Shown here: piece by piece, positions 1-9,426 of the stretch
How positions within the stretch are numbered: position 1 is the stretch's first letter
How the letters are laid out: every line of letters starts with the position of its first letter
The notes under the pieces: model-generated
What the model was told of the DNA's origin: nothing
The model's database searches: none
Seen by the model: only the letters and a program-made list of their open reading frames with translations
Source: Candidatus Firestonebacteria bacterium RIFOXYA2_FULL_40_8
Lineage (GTDB): Bacteria; Oederibacteriota; D2-FULL-39-29
Direction of reading: 5' to 3'
Length of the DNA stretch: 58,533 nucleotides
Assembly: GCA_001778355.1 (NCBI GenBank)
Contig: MFGS01000039.1
Location: 1-58,533 of the forward strand
Position numbers and translations under genes: made by a program

Positions 1-5
1 TAAAA

Positions 6-1790
6 ATGGCAAAAGAGCTGGACCCGACGCGGCTTCTTATCGATACGTGCGCGCACGGGGAGTTCGACCGCGACTATGTGGATTTTGATGTCCAGCACAT
101 GTCTTATTATTACCCGTTTGGAAAAACGTATACTATGTTTGAGAACACGCAGAACTGGTTGATCTACGGCTCCTGCACGGGGCTTCCTCTTATTGAACAA
201 GACAAGCCCGAGGATTACTCGTACCGTATCCAGAGGACGATTGCGGCAAAAAGGCCTGTTATCGCCCATGAGGTCTGTCATTATGTGGCAATGCGGGATA
301 TTAAGGCGCTGGAAGATAAACTTAAAAAGTTCAAAGCAGAAACACCCTGGTGGCTTCCTGAGTTAAAAAAGCTTATCAAATTAAAAGGCCTGGAAAAAGA
401 CTATGCTCAAATGTTCAAAGCAAGTAAATTTATGCAGTCGCTCAGCTGGAAACTGGGAATTGAAGCGGCGCGCAGAAGCCCGCTCCTTTGCGGATTTCAC
501 TTCCTTCAATTGGCGGATTCAAATGATTATGAGAACAGCAACGGAGTTCTCGACTTTTTTGACGATCCGACCGGAGTAGACCCGAAAGAGTTCAACAAAT
601 TCAGTTCTGACTGTGTATTGCTTGCGGACCTTCCGCGGCGGACTTTCTTTGAAAAAGAAAAAGTTATTATCCCCGTGCTCGTTTCGCACTTTTCGCCCGA
701 GATAAAAGGTAAGGCCGACTTCAGGTTTGAATTAAAAAGTAAGAAAGGTAAGGTCGTTCTCCTGACCGGCGGGCTGAAAGAAATAAATATGGAACTGGGG
801 GGAAGGCGCGATCTTTGCAGATTGGAAATAAAAATGCCGGAAGTGAAAACTCCGGAGGCGCTTTCTATTTCTTTCTTCTTAGAGGCTGTTGACGGCTCTT
901 ATACTGTGGAAAACACCTGGAATCTCTGGCTGTATCCTGACCGGCCGGAGGCTCTGCCAAAAGTTGAATGCACTTTGGCTCTTGATGAAATAGACCTTGA
1001 TACCCGTTATCCGCAGATAAAAAGTAAAGGTTCGCCGGCAAAACCGGAAAAGCTTCTGGTCGTTAACAGGTTTACGCCTCACGTATTTCAACAGCTGGAT
1101 AAAGGCGGAGACGTGCTTATGCTTTATCGCGTGCCGGAGACCAGAGACCGTCTGGTTCCTGCGGAAAAAGAAAAATATTATCTCCCGGTGACGTGGGACC
1201 GTTTAAAAGGCGTTATCTGGGACAGAGGAACAAATTGCGGCGCTTTCATGAGAGAAAGTAAAGCGCTTGCGGGTTTTCCACATGAAGGTTATCTGGATCT
1301 GCAGTTTCATGGATTAGTAGATGACTGTGATAAAATAAATCTGGACGGATTTCCCGTGCATGTGGATCCCATAATGCAGGGAGTGGATAAAGCAGCGCGG
1401 GACAGATTTGATGTTTTCACTTTTAAACTTTCCGAACTCCAGCCGGAGTGGACCATGCGGAAGTTCGGATATCTGTTCGAACTGAAAGTCGGAAAAGGCC
1501 GTCTTCTTGTCAGCGGGTTTAATTTTACGGGAATTAATAAAGAAGTTCCCGAGACGTGCGCTATGTTTGAATCCCTGATGCGCTACGTCACCTCCACTGA
1601 TTTCAAACCTAAAGCTTCAATTTCTGTTAAAGAACTCGAAAGTTATCTTCTTGAAAAAGGAAAAGGAAAGCGTATTCGGGAACGTATGATGACCCAGTAC
1701 TGGCAGTTAAATAACGAGCCTCTCGAATCCGCCAAATACTGGAAAGAAGCGGAAGAGTACATAAGAAAAAACGAAGGGACCGAAAAATAA
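6..1790 (+). CDS. Glycoside-hydrolase-like protein (GH2-type barrel C-terminal part plus accessory domains), 5-prime partial
   Basis: The reading frame stays open to the window edge (codon 3-5 is AAA), so the real start lies upstream. Motifs ELDPTR, IAHEVCHY and GFHFLQLAD resemble GH2-type catalytic barrel strands. Assignment is by eye only. Confidence 0.4.
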   Translation: MAKELDPTRLLIDTCAHGEFDRDYVDFDVQHMSYYYPFGKTYTMFENTQNWLIYGSCTGLPLIEQDKPEDYSYRIQRTIAAKRPVIAHEVCHYVAMRDIKALEDKLKKFKAETPWWLPELKKLIKLKGLEKDYAQMFKASKFMQSLSWKLGIEAARRSPLLCGFHFLQLADSNDYENSNGVLDFFDDPTGVDPKEFNKFSSDCVLLADLPRRTFFEKEKVIIPVLVSHFSPEIKGKADFRFELKSKKGKVVLLTGGLKEINMELGGRRDLCRLEIKMPEVKTPEALSISFFLEAVDGSYTVENTWNLWLYPDRPEALPKVECTLALDEIDLDTRYPQIKSKGSPAKPEKLLVVNRFTPHVFQQLDKGGDVLMLYRVPETRDRLVPAEKEKYYLPVTWDRLKGVIWDRGTNCGAFMRESKALAGFPHEGYLDLQFHGLVDDCDKINLDGFPVHVDPIMQGVDKAARDRFDVFTFKLSELQPEWTMRKFGYLFELKVGKGRLLVSGFNFTGINKEVPETCAMFESLMRYVTSTDFKPKASISVKELESYLLEKGKGKRIRERMMTQYWQLNNEPLESAKYWKEAEEYIRKNEGTEK

Positions 1791-2031
1791 TCTGTAGCGC
1801 CGCCTGATAATGCGACGACTCCTCCGTAAGGAGGTAGAATCCGAGAGCTTGCATGCGGCGCTGCATAATACTATCTCTAGCGTAAATATATATCCCAACC
1901 ACAATATATTGTATTATATACACCCGCCAAGTTTTAAGGCGGGTATACATTAAATTGTCAATCGTAAATCGTCAATTGTAAATTCCTTTTCACTCTGTTA
2001 TCAAATTCACATGGAAGAATAAGCATTATTT

Positions 2032-2040
2032 TGATATAAT
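2032..2040 (+). promoter_or_regulatory. Extended -10 promoter element TGATATAAT upstream of the exporter gene
   Basis: Exact TGnTATAAT at 2032-2040, about 100 nt upstream of ATG 2143. The same 9-mer recurs at 22529-22537 ahead of the second half of the glycan locus. Confidence 0.5.
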
Positions 2041-2142
2041 ATACTTTCACCGAAGAAAAGGTGACGAGTAATTAGAAAATAAATGAGTAGTTCCTAGCGC
2101 CTAGAACCTGAATATGGGAATCATATTCAAGAGGAGTTACAT

Positions 2143-4626
2143 ATGACCACATCAAAGTTACTTATTAGCAGTCTTGCTTTATTATTTGCCGTCTCAGGGT
2201 ATTCCCAGACGGCGGACCTGAAGCAGGAGTTATTGAATAAAGGTGTTGTAAGCAAGACTGATCTCGAAAAGCTTACTGATACTACTGTTAACAATAAAGA
2301 AACCGGTGAAACAAAAGCCGCCTTGCCCTCTAAAGAGGAGAAAAAGCCGGAAATTGAACTTCCTTCGGTCATTGAAGAGCTTTTTATAAGGGAAGTGAAG
2401 GAAAGGCATGATGGGTATATAGAGGCAGGGAAAGCAAGTACAGCAGAGAAAGCAAATACAGGAAGTACGGAAGAAGGGGAAGCAAGTACAGGGAAAAAAG
2501 ATAAAGAACAGAAGTTTTTAAAGCAATTTGGGTATAATATATTTAAGGCGGCTTCTACTACGTTTGCGCCTACGGATAATGTTCCTGTCGGTCCGGACTA
2601 TATTGTAGGGCCGGGGGACAATTTTGTTGTTTACGTCTGGGGTAAGCTGGTTCAGGAGACGTTCAGCCTGACCGTGGACAGAGACGGTAAGATCTCTCTT
2701 CCCAAAGCCGGGGCTGTGTTTTTATGGGGTATGAAGTTCGGGGAAGCGGAAAAACTTATAAAAGACGCTCTCTCTCAAAATTACGCTAACTTCTCCATTA
2801 ATGTAACAATGGGCAAGCTTCGCACTATCCGTGTTTTTGTCCTCGGGGAAGTAAAAAAACCGGGCGGGTACACCATCAGCTCTCTTTCAACGCTCTTTCA
2901 CTCTCTTTACGAAGCCGGCGGCCCGACAAAAGTGGGATCGCTTCGGAAAATTAAACTTATCAGAGATAATAAAGTTGTTTCGACCGTAGATTTGTATGAT
3001 TTCCTCCTGATTGGCGAGAAAGGCCTGGATGTAAAACTTCAGTCCAATGATACGGTGTTTGTCCCATCAATCGGCGCGGTAGCAGGAGTAACCGGTAATA
3101 TTAAAAAACCCGGCATTTACGAACTCGCGGGTGAGACAAAACTTTCCTCTCTCATGAAAATGGTCGGTGGCGTTACACCTTCCGGTTATATTTCCCGCAT
3201 ACAGATAGAGCGGACGATAAACGGAGAGAGAAAAGCAGTTCTTGATATTGAGTTGAAAACCGCGGATGCGATGAAAGACAGTAAGGATATCACAATAAAT
3301 GATGGCGACCTCGTCACTGTTTTCCCAATTAACAAATTAAAATATAATTATGTCACCCTGTACGGCAATGTTGGCAGGCCTGCGGAGTACGAACTCACCC
3401 CGGGACTTAAAGTAAAGGACCTTATAGAAAAAGCCGGCGGAGTTCTTCCGGGAACGTATATGAACAGAGCCGAAATAAGCAGATATAAAAATGACAAAGC
3501 AAGAGAGATAGTTGCGTTTGACCCGGATAAACTTTTAAAAGGCGATGCGAAAGAAAACCAGTTGCTCAAAGAATGGGATGAAGTCACAATTTATGCCCAG
3601 TCTGAGATAATCCCAGTTTCACATGTAGAAATAAGCGGCGCGGTAAACAAAGAAGGAATGTTCGAACTTGCAGAAAAAATGAAGGTCTCGGATTTGATAT
3701 TCAAAGCTAAGGGGCTGAAAAAAACGGCATCAATGGATTCCGCCGAACTCTTTAAGATTGTCTTCGGTAAACAGCCGGAAATTAAAAAGATAAACCTGAA
3801 AAAGCTCCTGGTCGAAGGTGTTTCAGATGAAGACTATATTCTTGAAGCCGGCGACCATTTATTCATAAGAGAAGAAACCTCCTGGACGAATAAAAAGAAA
3901 ATAACTTTAAGTGGCGAGGTAAAATACCCCGGCACTTACGTAGCAGACAGCAATGAAAAGCTTTCAAGTATACTGGAAAGAGCCGGTGGTTATTCTGAAA
4001 AGGCCTGCCCTAAAGCAGCTGTTTTCACAAGAGAATCCGTAAAGACAATCCAGCAGAAGACCATGCTAAAGTATATGCAGCGCTTACAGCAACAAGTTGC
4101 CGCCGAAGGTGCAAAACTAGCTTCCTCTGCAAATGATGCTGAAACTAAAAAAGCAGCAGAAACGGTAAAAAGAAAAGAAGACCTGGTAAAAGTTTTAGGT
4201 AGTATTGATGTTCCCGGCAGACTGATAATCAAACTTGAGGACCTCAAGACATTCAAAGAAGGAAAAGACGATATAATCATCGAAGATGGCGACACTCTGT
4301 ATATTCCGCAAATTCCGTCAACGGTAAATGTCATAGGCAGTGTTTACAACCCCACAAGTATAGTTTACGAACAAGATAAAAATATCCATTTCTACCTTGA
4401 CCGAGTAGGCGGCACCACCAAAGATGCGGACAGAGGCGATGTATACATAGTCCGGGCCAGCGGCGAAGTAGACAAAAACAACGCCTGGGGAAAGAATATA
4501 GAACGCGGCGACACCATAATAGTCCCCGCCGAACTAAAAACCGAAACAAATTGGTTAAAAATACTGACTGATACTTCGACGATATTCTTCAATGCGGCAG
4601 TTGGTGTCTCCGCGATAAATAGGTAA
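2143..4626 (+). CDS. Polysaccharide export protein (Wza-like Poly_export domain plus multiple SLBB domains)
   Basis: 827 aa. Signal peptide MTTSKLLISSLALLFAVSGYSQ. GPDYIVGPGDNFVVYVWG export motif, followed by repeated SLBB-like units (GDLVTVFP, GDHLFIRE, GDTLYIPQ, GDTIIVP). RBS GAGGAG upstream. The N-terminus carries a low-complexity A/S/T/E/K insert encoded by a purine-rich tract (2421-2515). Confidence 0.8.
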   Translation: MTTSKLLISSLALLFAVSGYSQTADLKQELLNKGVVSKTDLEKLTDTTVNNKETGETKAALPSKEEKKPEIELPSVIEELFIREVKERHDGYIEAGKASTAEKANTGSTEEGEASTGKKDKEQKFLKQFGYNIFKAASTTFAPTDNVPVGPDYIVGPGDNFVVYVWGKLVQETFSLTVDRDGKISLPKAGAVFLWGMKFGEAEKLIKDALSQNYANFSINVTMGKLRTIRVFVLGEVKKPGGYTISSLSTLFHSLYEAGGPTKVGSLRKIKLIRDNKVVSTVDLYDFLLIGEKGLDVKLQSNDTVFVPSIGAVAGVTGNIKKPGIYELAGETKLSSLMKMVGGVTPSGYISRIQIERTINGERKAVLDIELKTADAMKDSKDITINDGDLVTVFPINKLKYNYVTLYGNVGRPAEYELTPGLKVKDLIEKAGGVLPGTYMNRAEISRYKNDKAREIVAFDPDKLLKGDAKENQLLKEWDEVTIYAQSEIIPVSHVEISGAVNKEGMFELAEKMKVSDLIFKAKGLKKTASMDSAELFKIVFGKQPEIKKINLKKLLVEGVSDEDYILEAGDHLFIREETSWTNKKKITLSGEVKYPGTYVADSNEKLSSILERAGGYSEKACPKAAVFTRESVKTIQQKTMLKYMQRLQQQVAAEGAKLASSANDAETKKAAETVKRKEDLVKVLGSIDVPGRLIIKLEDLKTFKEGKDDIIIEDGDTLYIPQIPSTVNVIGSVYNPTSIVYEQDKNIHFYLDRVGGTTKDADRGDVYIVRASGEVDKNNAWGKNIERGDTIIVPAELKTETNWLKILTDTSTIFFNAAVGVSAINR

Positions 4627-4639
4627 CTAAAATATTGTC

Positions 4640-4664
4640 ATCCCCGAATGTTGTTATCGGGGAT
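4640..4664 (+). other. Stem-loop ATCCCCGA-N9-TCGGGGAT just after the exporter stop codon
   Basis: 8-bp perfect stem at 4640-4647 / 4657-4664. No T-run follows, so an intrinsic-terminator role is uncertain. Confidence 0.4.
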
Positions 4665-4882
4665 CCAGTGTCTTTGTTCATAAGGTTTGTAAGCAAAGCT
4701 TTTCTCGATAGGAATGAGATATAGATGTCAACTACCGTTGACATAGCGAGATAAGGTCTAAAATCATGGAAGGATATTTAAAAGTTAGAAAGCAGCAAAA
4801 GTAGGGTGACTGTCCCGCTCTCTGTCGTAAGATCTCGACACAAAGTGGCGGAGCGACTGTCCACCCGGTGTTTACATCCTCA

Positions 4883-4911
4883 TTGACAATGAGGATAAAG
4901 CGTGTTATACT
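4883..4911 (+). promoter_or_regulatory. Sigma-70-type promoter TTGACA-17 nt-TATACT for the first DUF4143 ATPase gene
   Basis: TTGACA at 4883-4888, a 17-nt spacer, then TATACT at 4906-4911. The -35 box sits in the loop of a 9-bp hairpin (ATCCTCATT/AATGAGGAT). Confidence 0.6.
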
Positions 4912-4982
4912 CTCAATGGCATTGCGAATAGCAAATGACGGAGGGTCTATTTTGACCCACCAACGCTTTGTGGAGGGTTGCG

Positions 4983-6254
4983 GTGAACATAAGGGTTTTA
5001 AAGGAAATAATAGCCGAGCAGAGGGAATATATTGATTCTGCCGTTACTGGTGTTGAAAGGGATGTGCTTCCGCTCTTTGAAAAATATGTGAAACTGCCTC
5101 ACACGGTTGTGGTCTCCGGCTTAAGAAGAGCCGGGAAATCTACTTTGCTGTGTCAGGTCATGAGAAAGCATTATAAAAATGACTGCTATTATCTGAGTTT
5201 TGAAGATGAGCGGCTTCTTGATTTTACAAAAGACGATTTTAACCTGTTGTACGAAGCCTTTATGGAAACGCAGGGAGAAAAAAAGGTTTTCTTTTTTGAT
5301 GAAATCCAGAATGTGCCGGAATGGGAAGCTTTTGTAAGACGGATGCAGGATCGGGGTTTCAAATTCTTTATAACCGGTTCCAATGCTTCTTTGCTGAGCA
5401 AAGAGCTGTCGACCAAGCTTACCGGCCGGTGTGTCACGGTGGAACTTTTTCCTTTTTCCTTCGGCGAATATCTCAGGTTCAAAGGTGTTGTGTTTGAAAA
5501 TGACCCGCTTACCGCGAAGAAAAAGGCGGGGCTTAAAAAAGAATGCTCGGAATATTTAACGGAAGGCGGTCTTCCGGAATTTCTGAAATATAAAGAAACT
5601 GTGATACAGGCGAGAGTTTACGAAGATATACTTTACAGAGATATTGTATCGAGGCATGGTATAAAGGAAATCAAGTCTCTTAGGGAAATGGCGCACTATT
5701 ATATAAGTAATGTAGGTAAGGAGTATTCATACAATAACATAAAGGAAATGCTCAAGCTGGGAAGTGAGAACACGGTCAAGAGCTACACCGGCTATATGGA
5801 GGATTCCTATCTCTTTCTATCGCTTAACAAGTTCTCGTTTTCTTTGAAAAAGCAGAATCTTGCGAATAAGAAGATCTACTGCATTGACACGGGAATAGCG
5901 CACACTATGGCTTTCAAGTTCTCTATGGATCACGGCCATCTTCTTGAAAATATGGCCGCTGTTGAGCTTCGGCGAAGGTATAAAGATATTTATTACTATA
6001 AGACCGATGACGGACTCGAAGTCGACTTCCTGGCAAAAGAACAGGGTAAATATATCCTTCTTCAGGTAACATCTGATATGTCAGATAAGAAGGTAAGAGA
6101 AAGAGAAATAGCAGCTCTAACCGCTTCCATGAAAGAACTGAAAACAAAAGAAGGTTTTATCCTTACTGAGAATGAAGAAGAAGACATAAAGATAAAGGCC
6201 TTGAAGATAACAGTAATCCCCCTTTACAAATGGCTTCTCTCGGTAAAACCGTAA
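4983..6254 (+). CDS. AAA+ ATPase with C-terminal DUF4143 domain (COG1373-type)
   Basis: Walker A GLRRAGKST, Walker B VFFFDEIQ, and a C-terminal nuclease-like GLEVDFLA motif. The ORF track starts at TTG 4968; GTG 4983 is preferred because GGAGGG lies 5 nt upstream. Confidence 0.8.
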   Translation: MNIRVLKEIIAEQREYIDSAVTGVERDVLPLFEKYVKLPHTVVVSGLRRAGKSTLLCQVMRKHYKNDCYYLSFEDERLLDFTKDDFNLLYEAFMETQGEKKVFFFDEIQNVPEWEAFVRRMQDRGFKFFITGSNASLLSKELSTKLTGRCVTVELFPFSFGEYLRFKGVVFENDPLTAKKKAGLKKECSEYLTEGGLPEFLKYKETVIQARVYEDILYRDIVSRHGIKEIKSLREMAHYYISNVGKEYSYNNIKEMLKLGSENTVKSYTGYMEDSYLFLSLNKFSFSLKKQNLANKKIYCIDTGIAHTMAFKFSMDHGHLLENMAAVELRRRYKDIYYYKTDDGLEVDFLAKEQGKYILLQVTSDMSDKKVREREIAALTASMKELKTKEGFILTENEEEDIKIKALKITVIPLYKWLLSVKP

Positions 6255-6460
6255 TATCAAAGAAAGTGCGGTCACTGACCGCACAATGTTCCGCTTCTCT
6301 GTCGTTATTTTGGCTAAGAAAGTGGAGACAACAAAAGCAAGTACAAAGTAAGAAGTACAAGGTTCAAAGTAGAAACTTTAATCTTGTTATTCCGCCTAGG
6401 CGGATTTCGCAAAGGGTAATGGATAGATATTTATACCTTTGCTCAATTTGTTGCTTGTAG

Positions 6461-6482
6461 CCCGTAACTCGTAACCCGCTAC
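6461..6482 (+). repeat. 22-nt motif CCCGTAACTCGTAACCCGCTAC (heptad-like GTAACYC units), copy 1, upstream of wzz-like gene
   Basis: Identical 22-mer at 24356-24377 upstream of gmhB. Both copies lie 20-50 nt before a start codon in the same glycan locus. Confidence 0.7.
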
Positions 6483-6529
6483 CCGCAACCAGTAAGTGTA
6501 TCAATGTAATCGGAATACTGGAGGACAGA

Positions 6530-7210
6530 ATGAGTGAAATTAGTAATGAAACCAAAGAGCCAACTCTTTTAGACTATTGGAACATAATCTACAAATACAA
6601 GACCTTTATCATTTCCGTCACCACCATCGCCTGTATCCTTACTCTTATCATAAGCTTGCTTATGCCAAAGATCTACACCGCCACCACAGTCGTTCTTCCT
6701 CCGGAAGCCGAAAAAGGCGGCAAGCTATCTTTCCTGGGAAGCAGTTTCCTTTCTTCTTCTCTTCCTGACTTGATGGGTGGAGATGCAAATACAAACATGG
6801 TCCTTGCAATGCTAAAAAGCAAAAGAATGGCAGAAGACGTTGTTAATAAATTCAATTTGATTGAAATATATAAAGTAAAAACAATTGGCACGGCGATAGC
6901 ATCTTTACAGAAAAATACTAATATTTTGTTAACAAAAGAAAAAGCTATTACACTTAATGTTGATTCTCCTTTGCCTCAGCTTTCATCGGATATTGCTAAT
7001 TTCTATATTAACAATCTTGATCTAATGAATTCAGATTTATCAATTACCTCTGCCAAACCGGTTGTGAGAGTTCTTGACAGGGCCTATCCTCCGGAAAAGA
7101 AGTCAAAACCAAATATTTCTTCAAATTTAACTATGACTTTTTTCATAGCTTTTATCATCTCTGTTCTTATTGCTTTTATAAGAGATTATATAAAAGGGAA
7201 AGGAAAATAG
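6530..7210 (+). CDS. Wzz-type chain-length determinant domain protein
   Basis: 226 aa. N-terminal LLDYWNIIYKYKTFII followed by a TM helix, a periplasmic segment, and a C-terminal TM helix: the typical PCP/Wzz layout. No kinase domain. Confidence 0.7.
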   Translation: MSEISNETKEPTLLDYWNIIYKYKTFIISVTTIACILTLIISLLMPKIYTATTVVLPPEAEKGGKLSFLGSSFLSSSLPDLMGGDANTNMVLAMLKSKRMAEDVVNKFNLIEIYKVKTIGTAIASLQKNTNILLTKEKAITLNVDSPLPQLSSDIANFYINNLDLMNSDLSITSAKPVVRVLDRAYPPEKKSKPNISSNLTMTFFIAFIISVLIAFIRDYIKGKGK

Positions 7211-8527
7211 ATGAAAGTTTCTGTTATTGGCCTTGGAAAACTTGGTGTCTGTGTTTTGGCGTCCCTGACCGCAAGAGGAATCAAAGTAATCGGTTATGAT
7301 ATTAATAAAAAGACGATGGATACTCTTTCAAAAGGAATCGCACCCGTTGTTGAACCCGAACTCCATGAACATATTATTAAAGGCAAGAAAAACATTAGCG
7401 TCTCAAGCGATTTTAACGAAATAATAAAGAACACAGATGTATCAATATTTGTTCTACCCACACCAAGTAAATCAGATGGTAGCTTTACAGATGAATATTT
7501 AAAATCCGCAATACAACCTATAGCTTTAGCTCTGAAAAACAGCAAGAAAAAATATCATTTATTTGTTGTTGCTTCGACTTTATCACCCGGGACTATGGAT
7601 AAAAGTATTATCCCTTTTATTGTAAAAAACTCCGGCAGAAAACTGAATAAAGGATTTGGCGTTTGCTATAATCCGGTATTCATTGCGCTGGGAAGTGTCA
7701 TAAGGGATTATCTAAATCCAAGCTTACTTCTAATAGGCGAGAGTGATAAAAAAGCCGGCGACATTATGGTTAACATTTACAAAAAGGTATTAAACACAAA
7801 ACCTCATTATGGCAGAATGTCTATTGTAAGCGCAGAAATAGCTAAAATAAGCTTAAATTCATATATAACAATGAAAATAAGCTTTGCTAATACACTGTCA
7901 ACAATATGTGAAAATATCCCAAATTCAAACGTAGATGATATTACGAAGGCTCTTGGTGCCGATAAACGAATCTCCCCTTACTATTTGAAAGGCGGCCTTC
8001 CTTTTGCAGGTCCTTGCTTTCCCAGGGATAACAGAGCTTTTGCGGTATTTGCAAAAGAATATGGTTGTGAAGCAAATTTAGCCGTAGCAACCGATGAAGT
8101 AAACGATACCCAGGTAAATCATATTACCGATTTGATAGTAACGAATGTTTTAAAAACAAGAATTAAAAAAGTAGCAGTAATCGGCCTTGCATACAAAAAA
8201 GACACAAATGTCCTGGATGAATCCCCCGCAATTAAAGTAATTAAATTGCTCTTGAAAAAGAAAATCAAAGTTTTGGTTTACGATCCCCTGGCAATAGATA
8301 ACACTAGAAAGGTGTTTGGACATGAGCTTGAATATTTAACCGGAGTAAAAGAATGCTTTAAAGAATCCCAGTTAATCTGTATTTTCACCGCATTCGATGA
8401 AATAAAGAACATAAATAACAGCTACATTAAACACAACCCAACAACCATTATAGATTGTTGGCGCGCCATAGACACAAGCAAATTAAAAAACATCAAATAT
8501 ATAGCCCTAGGCAAAGCCAGTAAATAA
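7211..8527 (+). CDS. Nucleotide-sugar dehydrogenase (UDP-glucose/GDP-mannose dehydrogenase family)
   Basis: N-terminal Rossmann VSVIGLGKLG. Catalytic-cysteine motif AGPCFPRD. The C-terminal UDP-binding domain is present. The start abuts the wzz stop codon. Confidence 0.8.
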   Translation: MKVSVIGLGKLGVCVLASLTARGIKVIGYDINKKTMDTLSKGIAPVVEPELHEHIIKGKKNISVSSDFNEIIKNTDVSIFVLPTPSKSDGSFTDEYLKSAIQPIALALKNSKKKYHLFVVASTLSPGTMDKSIIPFIVKNSGRKLNKGFGVCYNPVFIALGSVIRDYLNPSLLLIGESDKKAGDIMVNIYKKVLNTKPHYGRMSIVSAEIAKISLNSYITMKISFANTLSTICENIPNSNVDDITKALGADKRISPYYLKGGLPFAGPCFPRDNRAFAVFAKEYGCEANLAVATDEVNDTQVNHITDLIVTNVLKTRIKKVAVIGLAYKKDTNVLDESPAIKVIKLLLKKKIKVLVYDPLAIDNTRKVFGHELEYLTGVKECFKESQLICIFTAFDEIKNINNSYIKHNPTTIIDCWRAIDTSKLKNIKYIALGKASK

Positions 8528-8540
8528 TATTTTATTATGT

Positions 8541-8590
8541 GTAGTTGCCTGATTTATCAGGCCGCTCAATGCAATTGAGCAACAACAATA
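8541..8590 (+). repeat. Structured intergenic repeat GTAGTTGCCTGATTTATCAGGC..., copy 1
   Basis: Hairpins GCCTGA-TTTA-TCAGGC and GCTCAAT-GCA-ATTGAGC are enclosed by GTAGTTGC / GCAACAAC. A homologous element lies at 55409-55471. Confidence 0.6.
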
Positions 8591-9424
8591 ATGTTGTATA
8601 AAAGCGAGGACAGTTTGTCAGAACTAGAACCCGTAAAAACATATTGGAACACGCGCCCTTGCAACATCCGTCATTCCACAAAAGAAGTCGGCACCAAGGA
8701 ATACTTCGATGAAGTCGAAGCACGCAAATATTTAGTAGAGCCTCATATCCCTCTCTTTGCTCAATTTGAAAAATGGAAAGGAAAGAAAGTATTGGAAGTG
8801 GGCTGCGGCATAGGAACCGATTCAATAAATTTTGCGAGAGCAGGCGCCGACCTCACCGTTCTAGAGCTCTCCGAGAAAAGCCTGGAGATATGTAAAAAAA
8901 GATTTGAAGTATTCGGTTTAAAAGCTAAATTCTATTCCGGGAATGCAGAAGAGTTAAGCAAGATCATCCCTGTGGAAAAATACGATCTGGTGTATTCTTT
9001 CGGTGTTATCCATCATACCCCAAACCCAAAGAACGTTTTAGAAGAAATAAAGAAGTATTGTGATAAAGACACCGAAGTAAGATTAATGATGTATTCGAAA
9101 TACTGTTGGAAAACATTCTGGATAATTTGCACTTACGGAAAATGTGCTTTCTGGAAATTTAGTGAGTTGGTAAAAAAACATGCTGAAGCCCAAACAGGCT
9201 GTCCTGTAGCATATACACATTCATTTAAAGAATTTAGAGAATTAATGAGCGGCTACAATATCTTGGAAATGGAAAAGGATCATATATTTCCTTATGTAAT
9301 AAAAGATTATATAAATTATAAATATAATAGAGTCTGGTATTTTAAGATCCTTCCAAAAGCTGTATTTCGCAGTTTAGAAAAATATTTTGGTTGGCACACT
9401 TTAATAACGGCAAAAATCAAGTAA
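8591..9424 (+). CDS. Class I SAM-dependent methyltransferase
   Basis: Motif [13 protein letters not shown], followed by the acidic loop LTVLELS. 277 aa. Confidence 0.75.
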   Translation: MLYKSEDSLSELEPVKTYWNTRPCNIRHSTKEVGTKEYFDEVEARKYLVEPHIPLFAQFEKWKGKKVLEVGCGIGTDSINFARAGADLTVLELSEKSLEICKKRFEVFGLKAKFYSGNAEELSKIIPVEKYDLVYSFGVIHHTPNPKNVLEEIKKYCDKDTEVRLMMYSKYCWKTFWIICTYGKCAFWKFSELVKKHAEAQTGCPVAYTHSFKEFRELMSGYNILEMEKDHIFPYVIKDYINYKYNRVWYFKILPKAVFRSLEKYFGWHTLITAKIK

Positions 9425-9426
9425 TC

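Noticed and set aside
6461-6490. Interpretation of the heptad motif as a JUMPStart/ops element
   Set aside because: The enterobacterial ops core GGCGGTAG is absent on the coding strand; only a loose resemblance (GCGGGTAGC) exists on the opposite strand. It is reported only as an unnamed candidate cis-element.
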